Shown here piece after piece: positions 27,601 through 39,900 of a stretch of 64,000 nucleotides of DNA. The stretch is from the IMG/VR virus record IMGVR_UViG_3300020045_002401, positions 17,849 through 81,848 of that record; one strand, given 5' to 3'. Below the pieces are notes generated by a model that ran no database searches, was not told the DNA's origin, and saw only the letters and a program-made list of their open reading frames with translations. A program made the position numbers and the translations under genes. This DNA is from a virus. Its lineage: Duplodnaviria; Caudoviricetes. Positions within the stretch are counted from its first letter, which is position 1; every line of letters begins with the position of its first letter.

Positions 27601-28743
27601 GATAAATTAACAACTGTCGAAGGTACAACTTATTTAGGAGAAGGAAGTTTATTTGATAGAACTCCTGATGAAGTATTAGATGCCAGTAATAAAGGATATA
27701 TAGGTTGTACTAGTCAATTTGCTTCTATAATATATAAAGATGGTTATATTTGTTATGACCAAATTAAAGGTAAAATTTTTATAGTTAATACTAGAAATGC
27801 CATAGAAATATCTAAACAAGGTTTATCTATTTATTTTAGTGAAAATAGTAATACGTTTGATAAATATCATAGTATAGATAGATTTAGTAATATACAACCT
27901 TTAGATAATCCTTATCAACAAGTAGGTTATATTATTGGTTTTGATGATAAATATAATAGATTATTAATAACTAAAAAATACTTTAGATTTCTTAAACCAT
28001 TAAATGTTATTGTAGAACCTTTTACTGTATATGTATTTGATGGGGAATGGTATTATAGTCAATATACCAATGCTGCTCCTACTGTTATTACTAGATTAAA
28101 TTATAGAGATACTGATAATTTTGCAGAAGAATCTAAAACCTTTTCTTATAATCTTGATACTAATACTTGGATATGTGAACACGATTACTTTCCAATATGT
28201 TATCCTACTACTAATTTAGGTTTGTATGCTATAAGTTCTGAAAGTGACTTATATAAAACTAATAGTCTTATTACAAAAGGTTTATATTTTGGTGTTAAAT
28301 TTAAAAGTTATGTTGATTTAATATTTAATACTCGTCATGATTTATCTAAAATATATCAAAGTGTAAGTTGGACTACTATAACAAGAGATAGAGCAACTAA
28401 TGCTATTTTATTCTTTAAAACTATTGATGCTATTAGATTATATAATAACTATCAATGTACTGAATTAATAGAATTACTTCCTGATACTTTAAGTCTTGAT
28501 AGAAATGTTGAAGGTGTATGGAATTTTAATGAGTTTAGGGATATGGTCATTAACAGAGACTTGCCCATAGTCGATAAATACGGTTCGATTATAGAAAGTA
28601 ATATAAATAATAACAGAAGTTGGTTTGAAAAGTCAAATTTTATTCATACATTTATAGTTGTTCGAATGATTATGAATAATACTGATAACAAAGAAGTGAC
28701 TATTCAAAATGTGAATATTAAGAGTAGAATAAGTGATAGATAA
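24682..28743 (+). CDS. Tail muzzle/stabilisation protein-like
   Basis: 1353 aa, beta-rich; DKNPPNTWEFARNI N-terminus and GYIGCTSQF, TWICEHDY segments; precedes the cargo genes. Confidence 0.7.
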   Translation: MENFEGMVRSTTRDKNPPNTWEFARNILLSKSKTNIVNEDGFDYIHPIPGDFIGKIETNEEIIYFSVDGLFSCIGYYKTNLLGSTYIPVIRSIHLGFKLNRPIEGISFYNYKKELIILFCDGVFLDSNTPKLINVTNIGVDLDVNLELVDSADLGQLELYNQILNADIDTTYLDNGTLEADVAYITYAYVLPDGVSTTAYLPLIEVSYPTTGFRQDLKRNLQIDFTRLDPTYNKLKIGLVIKSNDGIFGYESSIRSYTGTDYSTIVSTLSAFTSVAADSLIIPVAVYNRIRTISTVNSQVVIGNLVGQEEFPFQKYANMLELGLRYDIRNEKEHTNPILCPDDVYAFYISLELLDGSFTKEFHIPGAVANPVNNELVDLTDADLIALGLNDLIGTDTYKRFRIFNTGGFQTLSPIGNPVSSDMSKLNWGYWENQELYPNSDEYNSTIDYTGALLTGQDLRGTNIKYHRVPGLDNLVKGFPCILGYTDRNNPEMIGSTGAFFQGAIPAFAVEVTNFDTIIPAEIRNKIQGYKLSIVKKSQGSSLIEDINFIKQARVTHQDTDAGIQDFMTTPYINDPNSHNYNFSQYGLSYIRSVNLSINKSTVIGKLVKANYGVNSALIRATSGGDGNEEIDTKDFTFIYGNIGGISVLPFSSTVLPMYLRIPDTQRFAVIKDVSYLPGNNIPAGTLLGEETIVLKAHNTLALPDPTSSLPTIPTRWNPLLMVIPDDSLDSITLTIDAFTPNVGYVPYTYSTGSTSALNAIDVSSTFINLLKDVYPGFKPKDFITIGKVSLRTIPNTLSENLIRNCGDTFTHNLYNTIVSRAVGNDATGRIIYNQYVAKGIISTTNNSEVYMTKDRDYGIAYDTSDASTKFSEMLTFNYNKTIFNSPIFNSLNDLYIGILFDIDIITINYFPYRIAFSLKIQSENLSINNVRTFLANSYIDMLNDRGEVVALRGSNKVLYIHQKFSLFTATIKDKLTTVEGTTYLGEGSLFDRTPDEVLDASNKGYIGCTSQFASIIYKDGYICYDQIKGKIFIVNTRNAIEISKQGLSIYFSENSNTFDKYHSIDRFSNIQPLDNPYQQVGYIIGFDDKYNRLLITKKYFRFLKPLNVIVEPFTVYVFDGEWYYSQYTNAAPTVITRLNYRDTDNFAEESKTFSYNLDTNTWICEHDYFPICYPTTNLGLYAISSESDLYKTNSLITKGLYFGVKFKSYVDLIFNTRHDLSKIYQSVSWTTITRDRATNAILFFKTIDAIRLYNNYQCTELIELLPDTLSLDRNVEGVWNFNEFRDMVINRDLPIVDKYGSIIESNINNNRSWFEKSNFIHTFIVVRMIMNNTDNKEVTIQNVNIKSRISDR
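28562..28587 (-). repeat. Dispersed motif copy, shifted CG (CGAACCGTATTTATCGACTATGGGCA)
   Basis: TCGACTATGGGCA is shared with the copy at 2439; antisense in a CDS. Confidence 0.7.
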
Positions 28744-28768
28744 GTATTAATTTAATAATAAAGAAATT

Positions 28769-30574
28769 ATGTTACAACCTAAGCGTAAAATGGTAAAACC
28801 AAATATACCAACTTCTATTGTTGAAAATAGAAAAGGTAAAAATAAATATAAAGCAGAAGATACTGAAGTAGTTAAAGCTGCTAGTGGGGCACAATTATTA
28901 GGTGCAGTTGCACCTATGGCTAATCTTATTCCTAGAGTAGGTACTATTGCTGCTCCTTTATTAAGTGGAGTAGCTTCTATGTGGGGAGCAAGTGATGCTA
29001 AAAAAGAACAAGCTAAATTATTGAAAGAACAATCAGAAGGTATGTTTAATCAAAAGAGTATAGAAGATGCTTATGCTTTAGATAATTATAATACTAAAGG
29101 TGTTAATGATATATCTAGATTTAATAAAGGAGGAAAAATAAATAAAACACCTCAACCTGATATTGCTACTTCAGTTTATAATAGAGCTAGTACATCTGTT
29201 ACTTATTTACCAACTGTTAAAGTTGATGATATAGTTAAATTACCTTCTTCTCCTACTAATACTACATATACACGTGTTAATATTAGACCTAGAGAACGGC
29301 TAATGTCTTCTCTTCCAAGATTAGAAGTAGGAGGAGTTATAGAAGAAGAAGAGACACTATCGAATAAACCTTCTACTACGGGCAAGTTCGACACCGTAGG
29401 TGGAGATTTACTACCGATATCTGATGATGCTCAAGTAGTATCAGGTAATACTCATAAAGAAAATAAAATAGATGGTTCTTATGGTGTTACATTATCTGCT
29501 GATGGTCAACCTATTGCTAACGTAGAAGATAAAGAAGTTATTGTAGATAATGATTTAGTTTTTAGTGATAAACTTAAAAAAGGTAAAGATACTTTTGCTG
29601 ATATAGCTTTAGGCGTTAATGCTAAAATAGGAGAATTACAAGATAAACTTAAAGGTGCTAAATCTAATGCTGAAAAATTTTCTTTAGAGAGAACTATACA
29701 AGGATTAGAAAAAACTAATCAAAATCTATTTAATGAACAAGAAATAGTTAAGAGTAATACAGTAGGAGAAGAAGTAGAAACTGTAAAAGTAGAAGATGGT
29801 ATTGTACCTAAAGGGGCTACAGGTTTAAATCTTGTATCAGAATTAAAATCTAAATCTTATAATAAATATGCTTATCCAAAAGTTACCGCTTCAACTAATA
29901 TACAAGGTGCTCCTGTTTATTATAAAGACCCTTTATTAGGTATAGGAGATAAAAAGCCTAATGTATTGGGACAAATAGCACCTTTATTAGCTGATAATAT
30001 TACTAATGCTATATTAACTGCTAACGCACCTAAACCGGGTAAAGTTATACCCCGTAAAACACCAATATTTGATACTACAGTAAATGTTAATCCTCAAATA
30101 GCAAAAATAGAAAAAGCAGTAGGAAGTGCTTCTGATGAAATTAGAGGTAATACAAGTAATTCAAATGTAACTAGAGCTAATATTGCTGCTACAAAACTTA
30201 AAGGAGCAGAATTAGCTAGTGATGTTTATGCTAGACAAGAAGAAGCTGAGAAAAGCCTAAAAAATAAACAAATAGAAGCTGTAACTAGTACAGCTAATCT
30301 TAATGCTGGTTTACAAGAAGATTATAATACTAATGTACGAGAGCATATGTTACAACAAAATGCTAGTCAATCTAGAAATGTTGTTGATGTTGTACAAGAT
30401 TATAAAGATGTTAAAACAGGAGAACTTCAAGATAAACAAAATCAAGATATTGTTAATCTTTCTTTAATGGATGACCCTACAGGTGAAAAATTAAGACGTT
30501 TTAGACGTTTAGGTAAAAATTTATCTACAGAAGATAAAGTGATGCTATTACAAGAAATAAATAGAAAGAAATAA
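28769..30574 (+). CDS. Virion cargo/ejection protein
   Basis: 601 aa, A/G-rich amphipathic N-terminus, xxGG motifs, GNTHKE...NVEDKEVI...VFSD segment, coiled coils; follows the muzzle gene. Confidence 0.65.
   Translation: MLQPKRKMVKPNIPTSIVENRKGKNKYKAEDTEVVKAASGAQLLGAVAPMANLIPRVGTIAAPLLSGVASMWGASDAKKEQAKLLKEQSEGMFNQKSIEDAYALDNYNTKGVNDISRFNKGGKINKTPQPDIATSVYNRASTSVTYLPTVKVDDIVKLPSSPTNTTYTRVNIRPRERLMSSLPRLEVGGVIEEEETLSNKPSTTGKFDTVGGDLLPISDDAQVVSGNTHKENKIDGSYGVTLSADGQPIANVEDKEVIVDNDLVFSDKLKKGKDTFADIALGVNAKIGELQDKLKGAKSNAEKFSLERTIQGLEKTNQNLFNEQEIVKSNTVGEEVETVKVEDGIVPKGATGLNLVSELKSKSYNKYAYPKVTASTNIQGAPVYYKDPLLGIGDKKPNVLGQIAPLLADNITNAILTANAPKPGKVIPRKTPIFDTTVNVNPQIAKIEKAVGSASDEIRGNTSNSNVTRANIAATKLKGAELASDVYARQEEAEKSLKNKQIEAVTSTANLNAGLQEDYNTNVREHMLQQNASQSRNVVDVVQDYKDVKTGELQDKQNQDIVNLSLMDDPTGEKLRRFRRLGKNLSTEDKVMLLQEINRKK
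29361..29384 (+). repeat. Dispersed motif copy (CGAATAAACCTTCTACTACGGGCA)
   Basis: Best match to consensus; inside a CDS. Confidence 0.95.
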
Positions 30575-30600
30575 TCTTAATAATATTAATATTAATTATA

Positions 30601-33600
30601 ATGGCAAAACAAAGATATAGTACAGGAGTTGATTCCTTGTCTTATAATACTTCAGGACTTCCTTATGTAGCACCCCCTACTAAGGAAATTTTGACGTTTT
30701 TAGACAAAGGCGAAGAGCGTTATTTAAAGACTAAACAAAATCTTAATTTAGCAGATGAATTACAAAAGACTATTAAATATAATCCTGTTAGTAAAGGTAT
30801 ATATGATGAATTAGTTTCAGAAGTAGATTTAGCTACTAGTAGTATTACCCCTGAAAATTATGCTGATAAAGAATTAGATTCTGCACAAGTTGCTCATGAT
30901 ATTGCTAATAAATTTGGGGGTAGAGAATTACAACAACAACAAGCTGCTTATTCTGCTGCTCAATCTGAAATAGATAAAGCAGAGAAAATAAGACCTGAAA
31001 AAAAAGATTATTATCAAGCTTTATTAGCTAGACAACTTAAACCTATTACTAGAGATACTTCTGGTGCTTTTAATGTACCTGGTGTAGGGGTTCCTACTAT
31101 GGTTCAAGATATAGATTTATTTGATAAAGCTGATAAATTATTAACAGGTTGGAAATCTAGTGGTACTTATGTAAAAGATAGTAACGGTAGATTATCTATA
31201 GACCCTGGTGTTCTTGGTCAAATGGGTATTACTAAGACAGAATTTGCTGATGAAAAAGAACTTTATGATACTGTAATAAATTATTTAGGTAATGACCCTA
31301 CTAATAGAGAATATCTTCAAAGTGAAGCTGATTTTAGTTTATTTAATAAAGAAGTTACTCCTGATTATCTTAGAAATACTTTACCTGATAATATATTGAA
31401 AAGCTATTTTCCATCTAAAGACCCAAAAGATGTTACAGCTTTAGATATACAAAATCTTACAGGTGGTGATGAAAATATGTTAAAAGATATGGCTAGCCAT
31501 GGTATAGTAAGTAATCAAATGAATCAAGTAGGTTCTGCTTTAGCTAATAAACACGGATTTAAAGAAGAAACTAAAACTTTTTTTACAGATCAAGAATACG
31601 CTGAAAGCATAAAAGCTAAATATGTTGTTAAAAAAACAGGAAGTAGTGATGGTACTCCTAATGAAGCAATGGGACAATTAGTTATTCCACAAACTGCTAC
31701 TACTATGCAAATAGGTAATCCTACTATATATGATAATTATAAAGCACAAGAAAATGAAGCTATTACTAATTATGCTAATAAAAGAGAAGAAGTTCTAAAA
31801 TTAGAAGCTGAATATAATACTGCTACACCTGACCAACAATTATTACTTAAAGAAAATGTAGCTAAAGCTAGAGAAGAAGTTGCTATTGCTGACCAAGAAA
31901 TTCAACGTGCTAGACAAGCACAAAATAATCTTACTAAAGGTACTATGAAATTAGCTACAGATAAAGGGGTTAATGTTGATAAAGCTTATACAGAAAACGC
32001 TATTCTTATATCTAATGATAATGCTGCTGCTAATAGAAAAGTTGCTCAACAATATGGTTATAGTGCTGATGTAACTAATTTGGTTAAACCTAAATCTAGT
32101 AATGAAGTATCTATTAATGTAAAAGGAAGAGTACATACTTTACCTATATTAACAGCTGACCCAGCTAGTGCTGCTAAACGTATGTTAACTCGTGATTATG
32201 TAATAAAAGATGGTAATTCTTATAAACTTTATCATAATGCTGAATCTCCAGAATTAATTAATAATTATACTCAAGGACAAAAAGGTTCTACATTTAATAG
32301 TTTAAGTAATAATCTTATAGATACTATAGGTTTTAATAAATTACAAGATAATCCTTTTAATAAACAAGGAATTAAAGATAATAGTTTATCTTTTAAAAGT
32401 AATCTTATAACTAGACCTACTGGTAGTGATTTTAAATCTATGGTTTCTCAGTTATTTATGAATCCTGATACTAAATTTCCAGGAGTACCTGATAAGACTG
32501 TAGCATTAGCTAAAGAAGAAGCTAGTAAAATTAAAAAAGTAGCTAAACCTGGAGATGTACAAGTAAATCAAACTTTAGATTATCTTTATGTACCTAGTGA
32601 TGTTAAAAAGGGTACAGCGGCTAAACGTTTATATGACCTTGGAAAAGTTATAGATAAAACATTAATAAGTGATGGTGCTCAATATAAAGTTCGTAATAAT
32701 GAAGGACAATGGGAAACTTTACCTTTATACGTTGCTTCTTTAGGTTTAGAATTTAGTGATGAACATATTGACTTTTCAAAACTTAGAACAGGTATAATGC
32801 TTACTAGTGATAGAAAATATGGACAACAATATAATATACCATTACCTTTAACAGCTAAAGGAAGAGCGGCTTTAAAAGAATCAGGGAATGAACCTTTTGC
32901 TTTAGCTGGTACATTAAATCTTACAGCTGTAAGCGCAACTGGTAGAGATAATCCTTTTAATAAGAATGTAACAGATGCAGTGTATAAAGCTTATGTAGAA
33001 TCTTATGGTAATACTTTACCTAGTGGAGAAGAAGCTAGACAAGCTTTTGGTCAAGTTACTTTTGATAATAGTCCTTATGCTAAAGATTTTTATGGTTTAA
33101 ATTTATATACTTTAGGTCACGGTGCTACTACTCAATATAAATTACCTGATGGTAACGATATTAATATTACTGCTGTTAAACGTTCTGCTACCCCTGATAA
33201 ATTAGGAGATAATGACTTTTTTATATCTAATGCACAAGGGGATATTTTTGCTTATGATGCTCAAATTGGTAAAGATAGAATGGTATCTAAAAAAGAATAT
33301 GAAGCAGATACAAGCGCTAAATTATATAGACGTAAATTATTTGCTAGTCCGGAAGATATTGGTGGTTTAATCGGTAAAAGTTTATTAGACCGTAGAGCCT
33401 TATATAATAATAATAGTTCTATGCAAACTAATCAAGTTAAAACTACTGGTAGTTCCTATATAGTTAAACCTGATAGTGTAATATCAAATGAACATAGAAC
33501 TAGTGTTAATAATACTACTAAACAATATGGAACCTCTGCTTCTCCTAGACAAATAAAAACATATAGTGGTAAAGAAGTTACAGTTAATAGTAGAATTAAC

Positions 33601-33951
33601 CCTTCTCAAATGACTTATATTAAGGATTTAGTACCTGGTAAAATTAAACCTAATGTCTATCCTTATTTTAATAATACTGTAGCTAATGAAGCTGTTAAGA
33701 TAATTAATGATTATGATTTATATGTAACAGATGCTTATAGACCTGATAGTATTAATAAACAAAGAAAAGAATCTGCTAAAGATAGTTTACATCAATATGG
33801 TAAATCTATGGACTCTCGCTATAATGAAGGTGCTAAAAAACTATTAGCAGATTTATCTACTAATCCTCAAATGGCTAAAAACTTAGGTATATCTTATGCC
33901 TTTAAACACACTGTAGATGGTGTTTCCCATCTTCATATAGATTTTGAATAA
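30601..33951 (+). CDS. Virion cargo protein with C-terminal peptidase M15-like domain
   Basis: VTDAYR...DSLHQYGKSMD...SHLHIDFE matches the S-x-H-x2-G-x-A-x-D and H-x-H zinc-ligand pattern. Confidence 0.7.
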   Translation: MAKQRYSTGVDSLSYNTSGLPYVAPPTKEILTFLDKGEERYLKTKQNLNLADELQKTIKYNPVSKGIYDELVSEVDLATSSITPENYADKELDSAQVAHDIANKFGGRELQQQQAAYSAAQSEIDKAEKIRPEKKDYYQALLARQLKPITRDTSGAFNVPGVGVPTMVQDIDLFDKADKLLTGWKSSGTYVKDSNGRLSIDPGVLGQMGITKTEFADEKELYDTVINYLGNDPTNREYLQSEADFSLFNKEVTPDYLRNTLPDNILKSYFPSKDPKDVTALDIQNLTGGDENMLKDMASHGIVSNQMNQVGSALANKHGFKEETKTFFTDQEYAESIKAKYVVKKTGSSDGTPNEAMGQLVIPQTATTMQIGNPTIYDNYKAQENEAITNYANKREEVLKLEAEYNTATPDQQLLLKENVAKAREEVAIADQEIQRARQAQNNLTKGTMKLATDKGVNVDKAYTENAILISNDNAAANRKVAQQYGYSADVTNLVKPKSSNEVSINVKGRVHTLPILTADPASAAKRMLTRDYVIKDGNSYKLYHNAESPELINNYTQGQKGSTFNSLSNNLIDTIGFNKLQDNPFNKQGIKDNSLSFKSNLITRPTGSDFKSMVSQLFMNPDTKFPGVPDKTVALAKEEASKIKKVAKPGDVQVNQTLDYLYVPSDVKKGTAAKRLYDLGKVIDKTLISDGAQYKVRNNEGQWETLPLYVASLGLEFSDEHIDFSKLRTGIMLTSDRKYGQQYNIPLPLTAKGRAALKESGNEPFALAGTLNLTAVSATGRDNPFNKNVTDAVYKAYVESYGNTLPSGEEARQAFGQVTFDNSPYAKDFYGLNLYTLGHGATTQYKLPDGNDINITAVKRSATPDKLGDNDFFISNAQGDIFAYDAQIGKDRMVSKKEYEADTSAKLYRRKLFASPEDIGGLIGKSLLDRRALYNNNSSMQTNQVKTTGSSYIVKPDSVISNEHRTSVNNTTKQYGTSASPRQIKTYSGKEVTVNSRINPSQMTYIKDLVPGKIKPNVYPYFNNTVANEAVKIINDYDLYVTDAYRPDSINKQRKESAKDSLHQYGKSMDSRYNEGAKKLLADLSTNPQMAKNLGISYAFKHTVDGVSHLHIDFE

Positions 33952-33978
33952 ATAACTTAATTTAATTTTACATACATT

Positions 33979-36900
33979 ATGGCTTTAAACAATGACACAA
34001 ATCAAGGCGACAATCTTGAGTCAAACCTAATTGAAGATTCTACTGGTATCGTAGGTGCAAAAGACTTATCAGATATTAAGCCAATAGAAGAAGTTAAAAA
34101 TAAAGAACTAGAAGCCAAAATAAAGGCTCAAGTAGCAGACTTTACTCCTGCTAAAATTGAACCTTCTGTTAAGATATTACCTCCTGAGTATTCAGGGGGT
34201 AAATCTGTTTCTAGCCCTACCACTCAAGAAGTAGTAGATAAATATGGTAAAATTCCAGATAATGAAAAACGTATAATTACATCTTCATCTGATACTGCTC
34301 CAGAGTTATCTCAACCTAGTTTTCTTGATACTATTGTTAAAGTCGGGCAAGGTGATACTAGTATTAGTCGTCCTATTGACCAGTCTATTAATTATGATGA
34401 ATATAAAGATTACTTATCTAAGAATCATTCTTACTTTGATACTGAAACAGGGTTAGATAAACTTAGGGCGCAGAATCAAAGTGAAGGTATGCAAGTTTTA
34501 AATGCAGGATTAAGAGTTCTTGCTAATGTTATACCTGAAGGTATTAAACAAACAGCTAATGCTTTTGATTTAGAACATTTAAATGCTGCTGAAGATGGTA
34601 TAGGTAATATAGTTGCTGATACTATGACTGAATGGCAAGATTCTGTTAAAGATACTTTACCTATTTATAGAGAAAATCCAGGTAAAGCCTTAGACTTTAC
34701 TGACCCTGCTTATTTAGCTGAAACTTTAGAAAGTTTAGTAACTAGTATAGGAGGTTTTGTATTAGCAGGTTATGCTACAGGTGGTGCAGCAAGTACAGTG
34801 GGTAAAGCTATTGGTGGAACAGTTGAATTAGCTTCTACTATTAATTTAGGTAAAAAAGTAACTGATGGTATTAAATCTTCTACATCTTTTCAAAATGCTT
34901 TAGCTAGTGCTAAAGCTGCTAATATAGGTTCTAAAGCTGAATCTCTTGCTGTTAACTTTTTATTAAATCAAGCAGAAGGTAGAGGTATAGGTGCACAAGT
35001 ATATGCTGATGTATACCAAAGAGAATATAATACTGCTTTAGCTACTGGTAAGTCATTAGAAGAAGCTAAAGAAATTGGTAAAGATAAAGCAGGTAAAGCT
35101 GGTGTAGCTGCTATTAACTTTAATAGAGTTACAATGCTTCTTAATGTTACTTCTTCTGATTTATTTTTACAATCTCCTAAAAATGTTGGTAAATTAATTG
35201 AAAAAGGAGGAGTTAAACAACTTTTAAAAGAAGGTGGACAAGAAGCAGGAGAAGAATACATTAATGATTTAGCTCAAATGTATGGAGAAGGTTTAGATAC
35301 TGATAAACCATTAACATTTAAAAATTCTATTGCACATTTAGCTACAGCTGAAGGTATAGAATCTCCTATATTAGGTTTTATTGGTGGTGCTGGACAAACT
35401 GCTTTAACTAAAGCAGGTAAATATATTCAGTCTTCTTCCAATGAATCTTATATGAGGCATTTTAATCAGTATATAATGGAGCACCCTATAGATGGTGCTA
35501 ATAAAGATTCTATTATAGCTTCTGCTACTAATTATGCACAACAACAAGCTGATAAAGATAAACCTTTAGGTTTTGTTAATAGAGGTAATGCAAGTGCTGA
35601 TAGAACTTCTACTGCTCAACAACTTGAATCTTTATATGTTGCTCAACAATCTAATTTAGAAGATTATAAAAAGGCAACTTTAGCTGATAGTATGAATGAC
35701 GTGGTAAATGCGACCATTTCCAGCTCATTTTCAGTCGATTTAATGAATCAAATTAAAAACGACCCCACAATGCTCCAAGAGCAAAAAGATAATCTCTTAG
35801 AACGTTCCCTGTTAAGCCACCAAGCTTATATCGCACTTCAAGTTGGCACAGAAAATCAACTTAAAGATTTGTATCGTACATATGCAAATATGGATGAAGA
35901 TACAGCTAAACAAAGAGGTATGTTTAATGGTGAATCTAAAGATGATATTAATTATTATAAAAATAAAGCAGAAAGAGCTATTAAAAGTATAGAGAATTTT
36001 GAGAAAAATTATACTAGTAGTAAACAATATGTTAATAGTGGAGAAGTATATGACAGATTAAATAATAATTATTTTAATGTTAGAGATGTTGAAGAGTTAA
36101 GTAAAAAACATAATGAATTACTTTCTAATATTAATGAATTCTCTCGTGATTTATATGAACAAGAAGGTAATGAAGAAGCTTTAGAAGATGTAGCAAATAG
36201 AAGTGCTGAAGGTAAAGCTATTGTACATCCTAGTTTATGGGAGTCTAAAATGGAAGAAGACTTTAAAGATATACAAAAAGCTTTAAAAGTTGCTAAAGAT
36301 AGTAGAGTTAAAAATGCTATACAACTTAATACTATAATGTCTACTAAGTATAATCAAGAACTTAGTGAAACTATTAATTTATATAGAATTAAACAACAAG
36401 GAGAAAGAGTTAAAAAGAACAAAGTTGCAGGAATAAGTAATACATTTGGTAAAGTATTTAGTAAAAGTAAAGAAGTAGAAAATCGTGCTAATACTGTAAA
36501 AGAGCCTAAGACAACTAAGTCGAATGAGTCTTCTACTACGGGCAAGGCACAAACGACAAAAGCTAAACCTACATCTGTACCTAATAGTACTCAAGTAGCT
36601 CCAACTGCACAAAATAATTACACTCCTCCACTTGTTAGTAATACTACTACACAAAATAATAGTGTTAATGATGTAAATAATAATCCTGATTTATTCAGTT
36701 TTAGTTATTCTGTTCCAGGTGCTAGTGATGTTATGAAATCTTTTATAGCTTCTGATAATAAAAAGATTCATGTAATATTAAAAAGTCAATATTCTTTACA
36801 AGCTAAAATAGATAAACTTAATGAAATACTTAGTGATAAAATTAATTATGAAATTAAGGAAACACCTTTAATTGCTCCAGATGGCGAAGCTGTAACTCAA

Positions 36901-39900
36901 AAATCTATAGATGTTATACAGGCTAAAATAAAAGAATTACATAATTATAAAGAAGATTTTTCTCCTGATGTAATTGATGAACAACAAGCTTATGAAAGTG
37001 ACATAGTAGATTTTGGTTTAGATTTAGAGGAATATCAATTGAATGTTGCTAATAGAGCAACTGAAGATGGTGATATAACTACTAGTACTTTTGATGTACT
37101 TACTTCTAAGTTTAATATTTATAGTGCTATATTAGATCAAATGGCTAAGAGAGGTATAGATACTACAAGTCTTGATGATGTAATGACAGAATTTAAGACT
37201 ATACTAGGTACTAAATTACTTAAAGCTGAATTTAATTCTTTACAAGGATTATTTAACTTTGCTAACAATACTACTGAGAATAGTACTTATGCTGATTTAT
37301 TTAATTCTGATAAAGATAATAATAATGATTTAGATAATTTTAATAAATTAGCAAAAGTTAATATTCAAACTGGAGAGTTTACATATGATTTAGATAAAGA
37401 ATCTAGAATGGCTATGCAAACTACTAAACAAGGTATTATTATAAATAATCCTGATACTGAAGTTAAAGGTTTAGCTTACCCTATTTATAATGAAATAGGT
37501 AGAGATAAAATAGCATATCTTGCTCAAAATTATTCTAAAGTTATTACTAAACAAACTAATGAAGACGGGCAAGAATATTATGAAGTAGATAAAGTTACTG
37601 TTGAAAATACTATCAATTCTGCTTTAGACCCTACTGTATTAGAAGAAGATTATTTTAAAGAAGGAGATAGTATTACATTTATACCTTTGGATTCCTTTAC
37701 AGATGAAGAGGGGAATGTCGTTCTAGCGAAAGACTTGCCCGTAGGAGAAAGACCTATCGGGGTTATCAAAGATGGGGAGTTAGTTAAAGGTTTATATTTA
37801 CATACAACTTCTTGGATTACTGCTGAAAATATTACTAATACACCTGCTAATATTGAAGCTGATAGACAATCTTTATTTAATTTACGTGAACGTATTATTA
37901 ATGGAGAACAAGTTACTACTATAATTAATGATGTAACTACAGGGGCTCCTATTTCTAGTGCTAATGGGGAAATGAATACTTTTGCTAATGAATTTCCTGA
38001 ACACCCTGTTGGTGTAGTACGAAATGGACAATTAGAATTAGCTAATGGTAGAATAGAATCTTATCCTGAATTTTTACATTTTGATGAAGGTGATGTTGTA
38101 TCTATTGTTAATGGCTATTATTATTATGGTAGTAGAACTAGATTATTTAGTCCTATGAGAGTTGCTATTTTATCTAGTTTAACTGCTTTTGCTACAGCTA
38201 CTCATACACAAGGTTCTGAATTTTTATTAAATAAAACAGGTAAAGATTTACTTAAACCTAAAGGAGTTGAGTCATATTTACGTGATTTTATCTATACTGC
38301 TCCTATTGCTATTGATAATGTTTATCCAACTAATTTAGAAGAATTTAGAAATGCTTTACAAACTATAGGAGAAGATAGAGTTATTGTTAATTTTATTGGT
38401 AATAGTTTTTATATCGGTAGGGGTGGAGCATTAGATGTTTTTACTTTATCTGCCGGACAATATAAAGGTAATGCTGAAGCTTTGGAATATGTACTCTCTC
38501 AAATTGAGGCTTTGCTACAAGATGCCTATGCTAACGTTAGTTTACAATCCTTAACTAGTAATAATCCATTACATATTATTAGTGAACAAGGAGTATCTAA
38601 AACTTTTGATACTTATGAAGATTATGTAAAACAAGTTTCTGTTTCTCCTTATGTATCTATTACACTACCAAGTGGAAATAAAATTACTACTATACAAAAA
38701 AGAGTAAGTTTTGATATTCCCGATATAGAACAAAATTCTGATAAAGTAGCTAGTACTGTAACTAAAAAAGGTACACCTAAAAAACCTAAAACTAAGAAAG
38801 AAATTATTACTACTGAATCAGGTAAACAACAAGTTATTGAATTTACAAGTTTAGATACTGATAGTAATGAAATTAATTTTGATGATGTTACAGAAGATTT
38901 TAGTCCTTTAGTTATTAACACTTCAGATATGTCACCTGATGTACAAGATGAAGCTTTAGAGTCCCCTTCTTATATAAATGGTATTTCATTAGAATTACAA
39001 GAAGCTGTAGTACATGATTTAGTACAAGAATATTATAATTTATTATTACAAAATAGAGGTATAGATGTTCCTATAGTACCTTTAGAACAATTTTTTGATT
39101 CTAAAGTAGCTTTTTTTAATGATGTAGTTGCTAAAGCGGAAGCTATTAATCATCCTAATTATAATAAATTAGCTTTACAAGTTCAAACTATTACTAATAA
39201 TAAAGCGCAATTTCTTAATATAACTAGACAACAATTAACTAGTGAATTAAAAGTTAAAATTACTGATACAGCTTTAGTTTTAGAACCTGTTGATGTAGAT
39301 ATTAACACTACTTTAGAAAATGTAGATGCTCCTGATGGTGTAGAATTAGAAGATGTACAAGAAGATTCTAGAATTTATTCTATGAATGAATTTGCTATAG
39401 ACCCTAAAACTCAATTAAGTTATGAAATAAAAGCTTTATTGTATGGAGTTATAGATGCTAAATTAGCTTATAAAGAAGGTGTACCTAATATTGTTCCTAG
39501 AAAATTAGGTTTACAAATTCCTTTATATGTAAATCCTAATGCTGTTTATCAAGATTTAATGATGTTATTCTCTAAATCTAGTATAAATGATGGTATGGAT
39601 ACTTCTAATTTTTCTTCTAATCCTGATTCTGCATTATTACCTAAGATTCAAATAGCTATTGAAATATTAAAATCTCAATATACTACTAAACCTTATTATG
39701 CTAATGTTGTTAAGAAACTTGAAGTTTTAGATACTAAAACTCAAATACAATTTATTACTACTTTTAATAAAAATAATACTGACCATTTAAAAGTAATAGA
39801 ATATGTAGATAAATCAGGAGAAGGAAAAGCTTTAAGACTTATTAGAAATAATAATCAAAATGCTCATGACCAACTTATAAGTTCTTGGAGTGAAACAGTA

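Noticed and set aside
23205-37572. Other GGGCA hits (270, 971, 4808, 10021, 23205, 24750, 34345, 37567, 56893)
   Set aside because: No CTA core or upstream CG/pyrimidine tract; consistent with chance.
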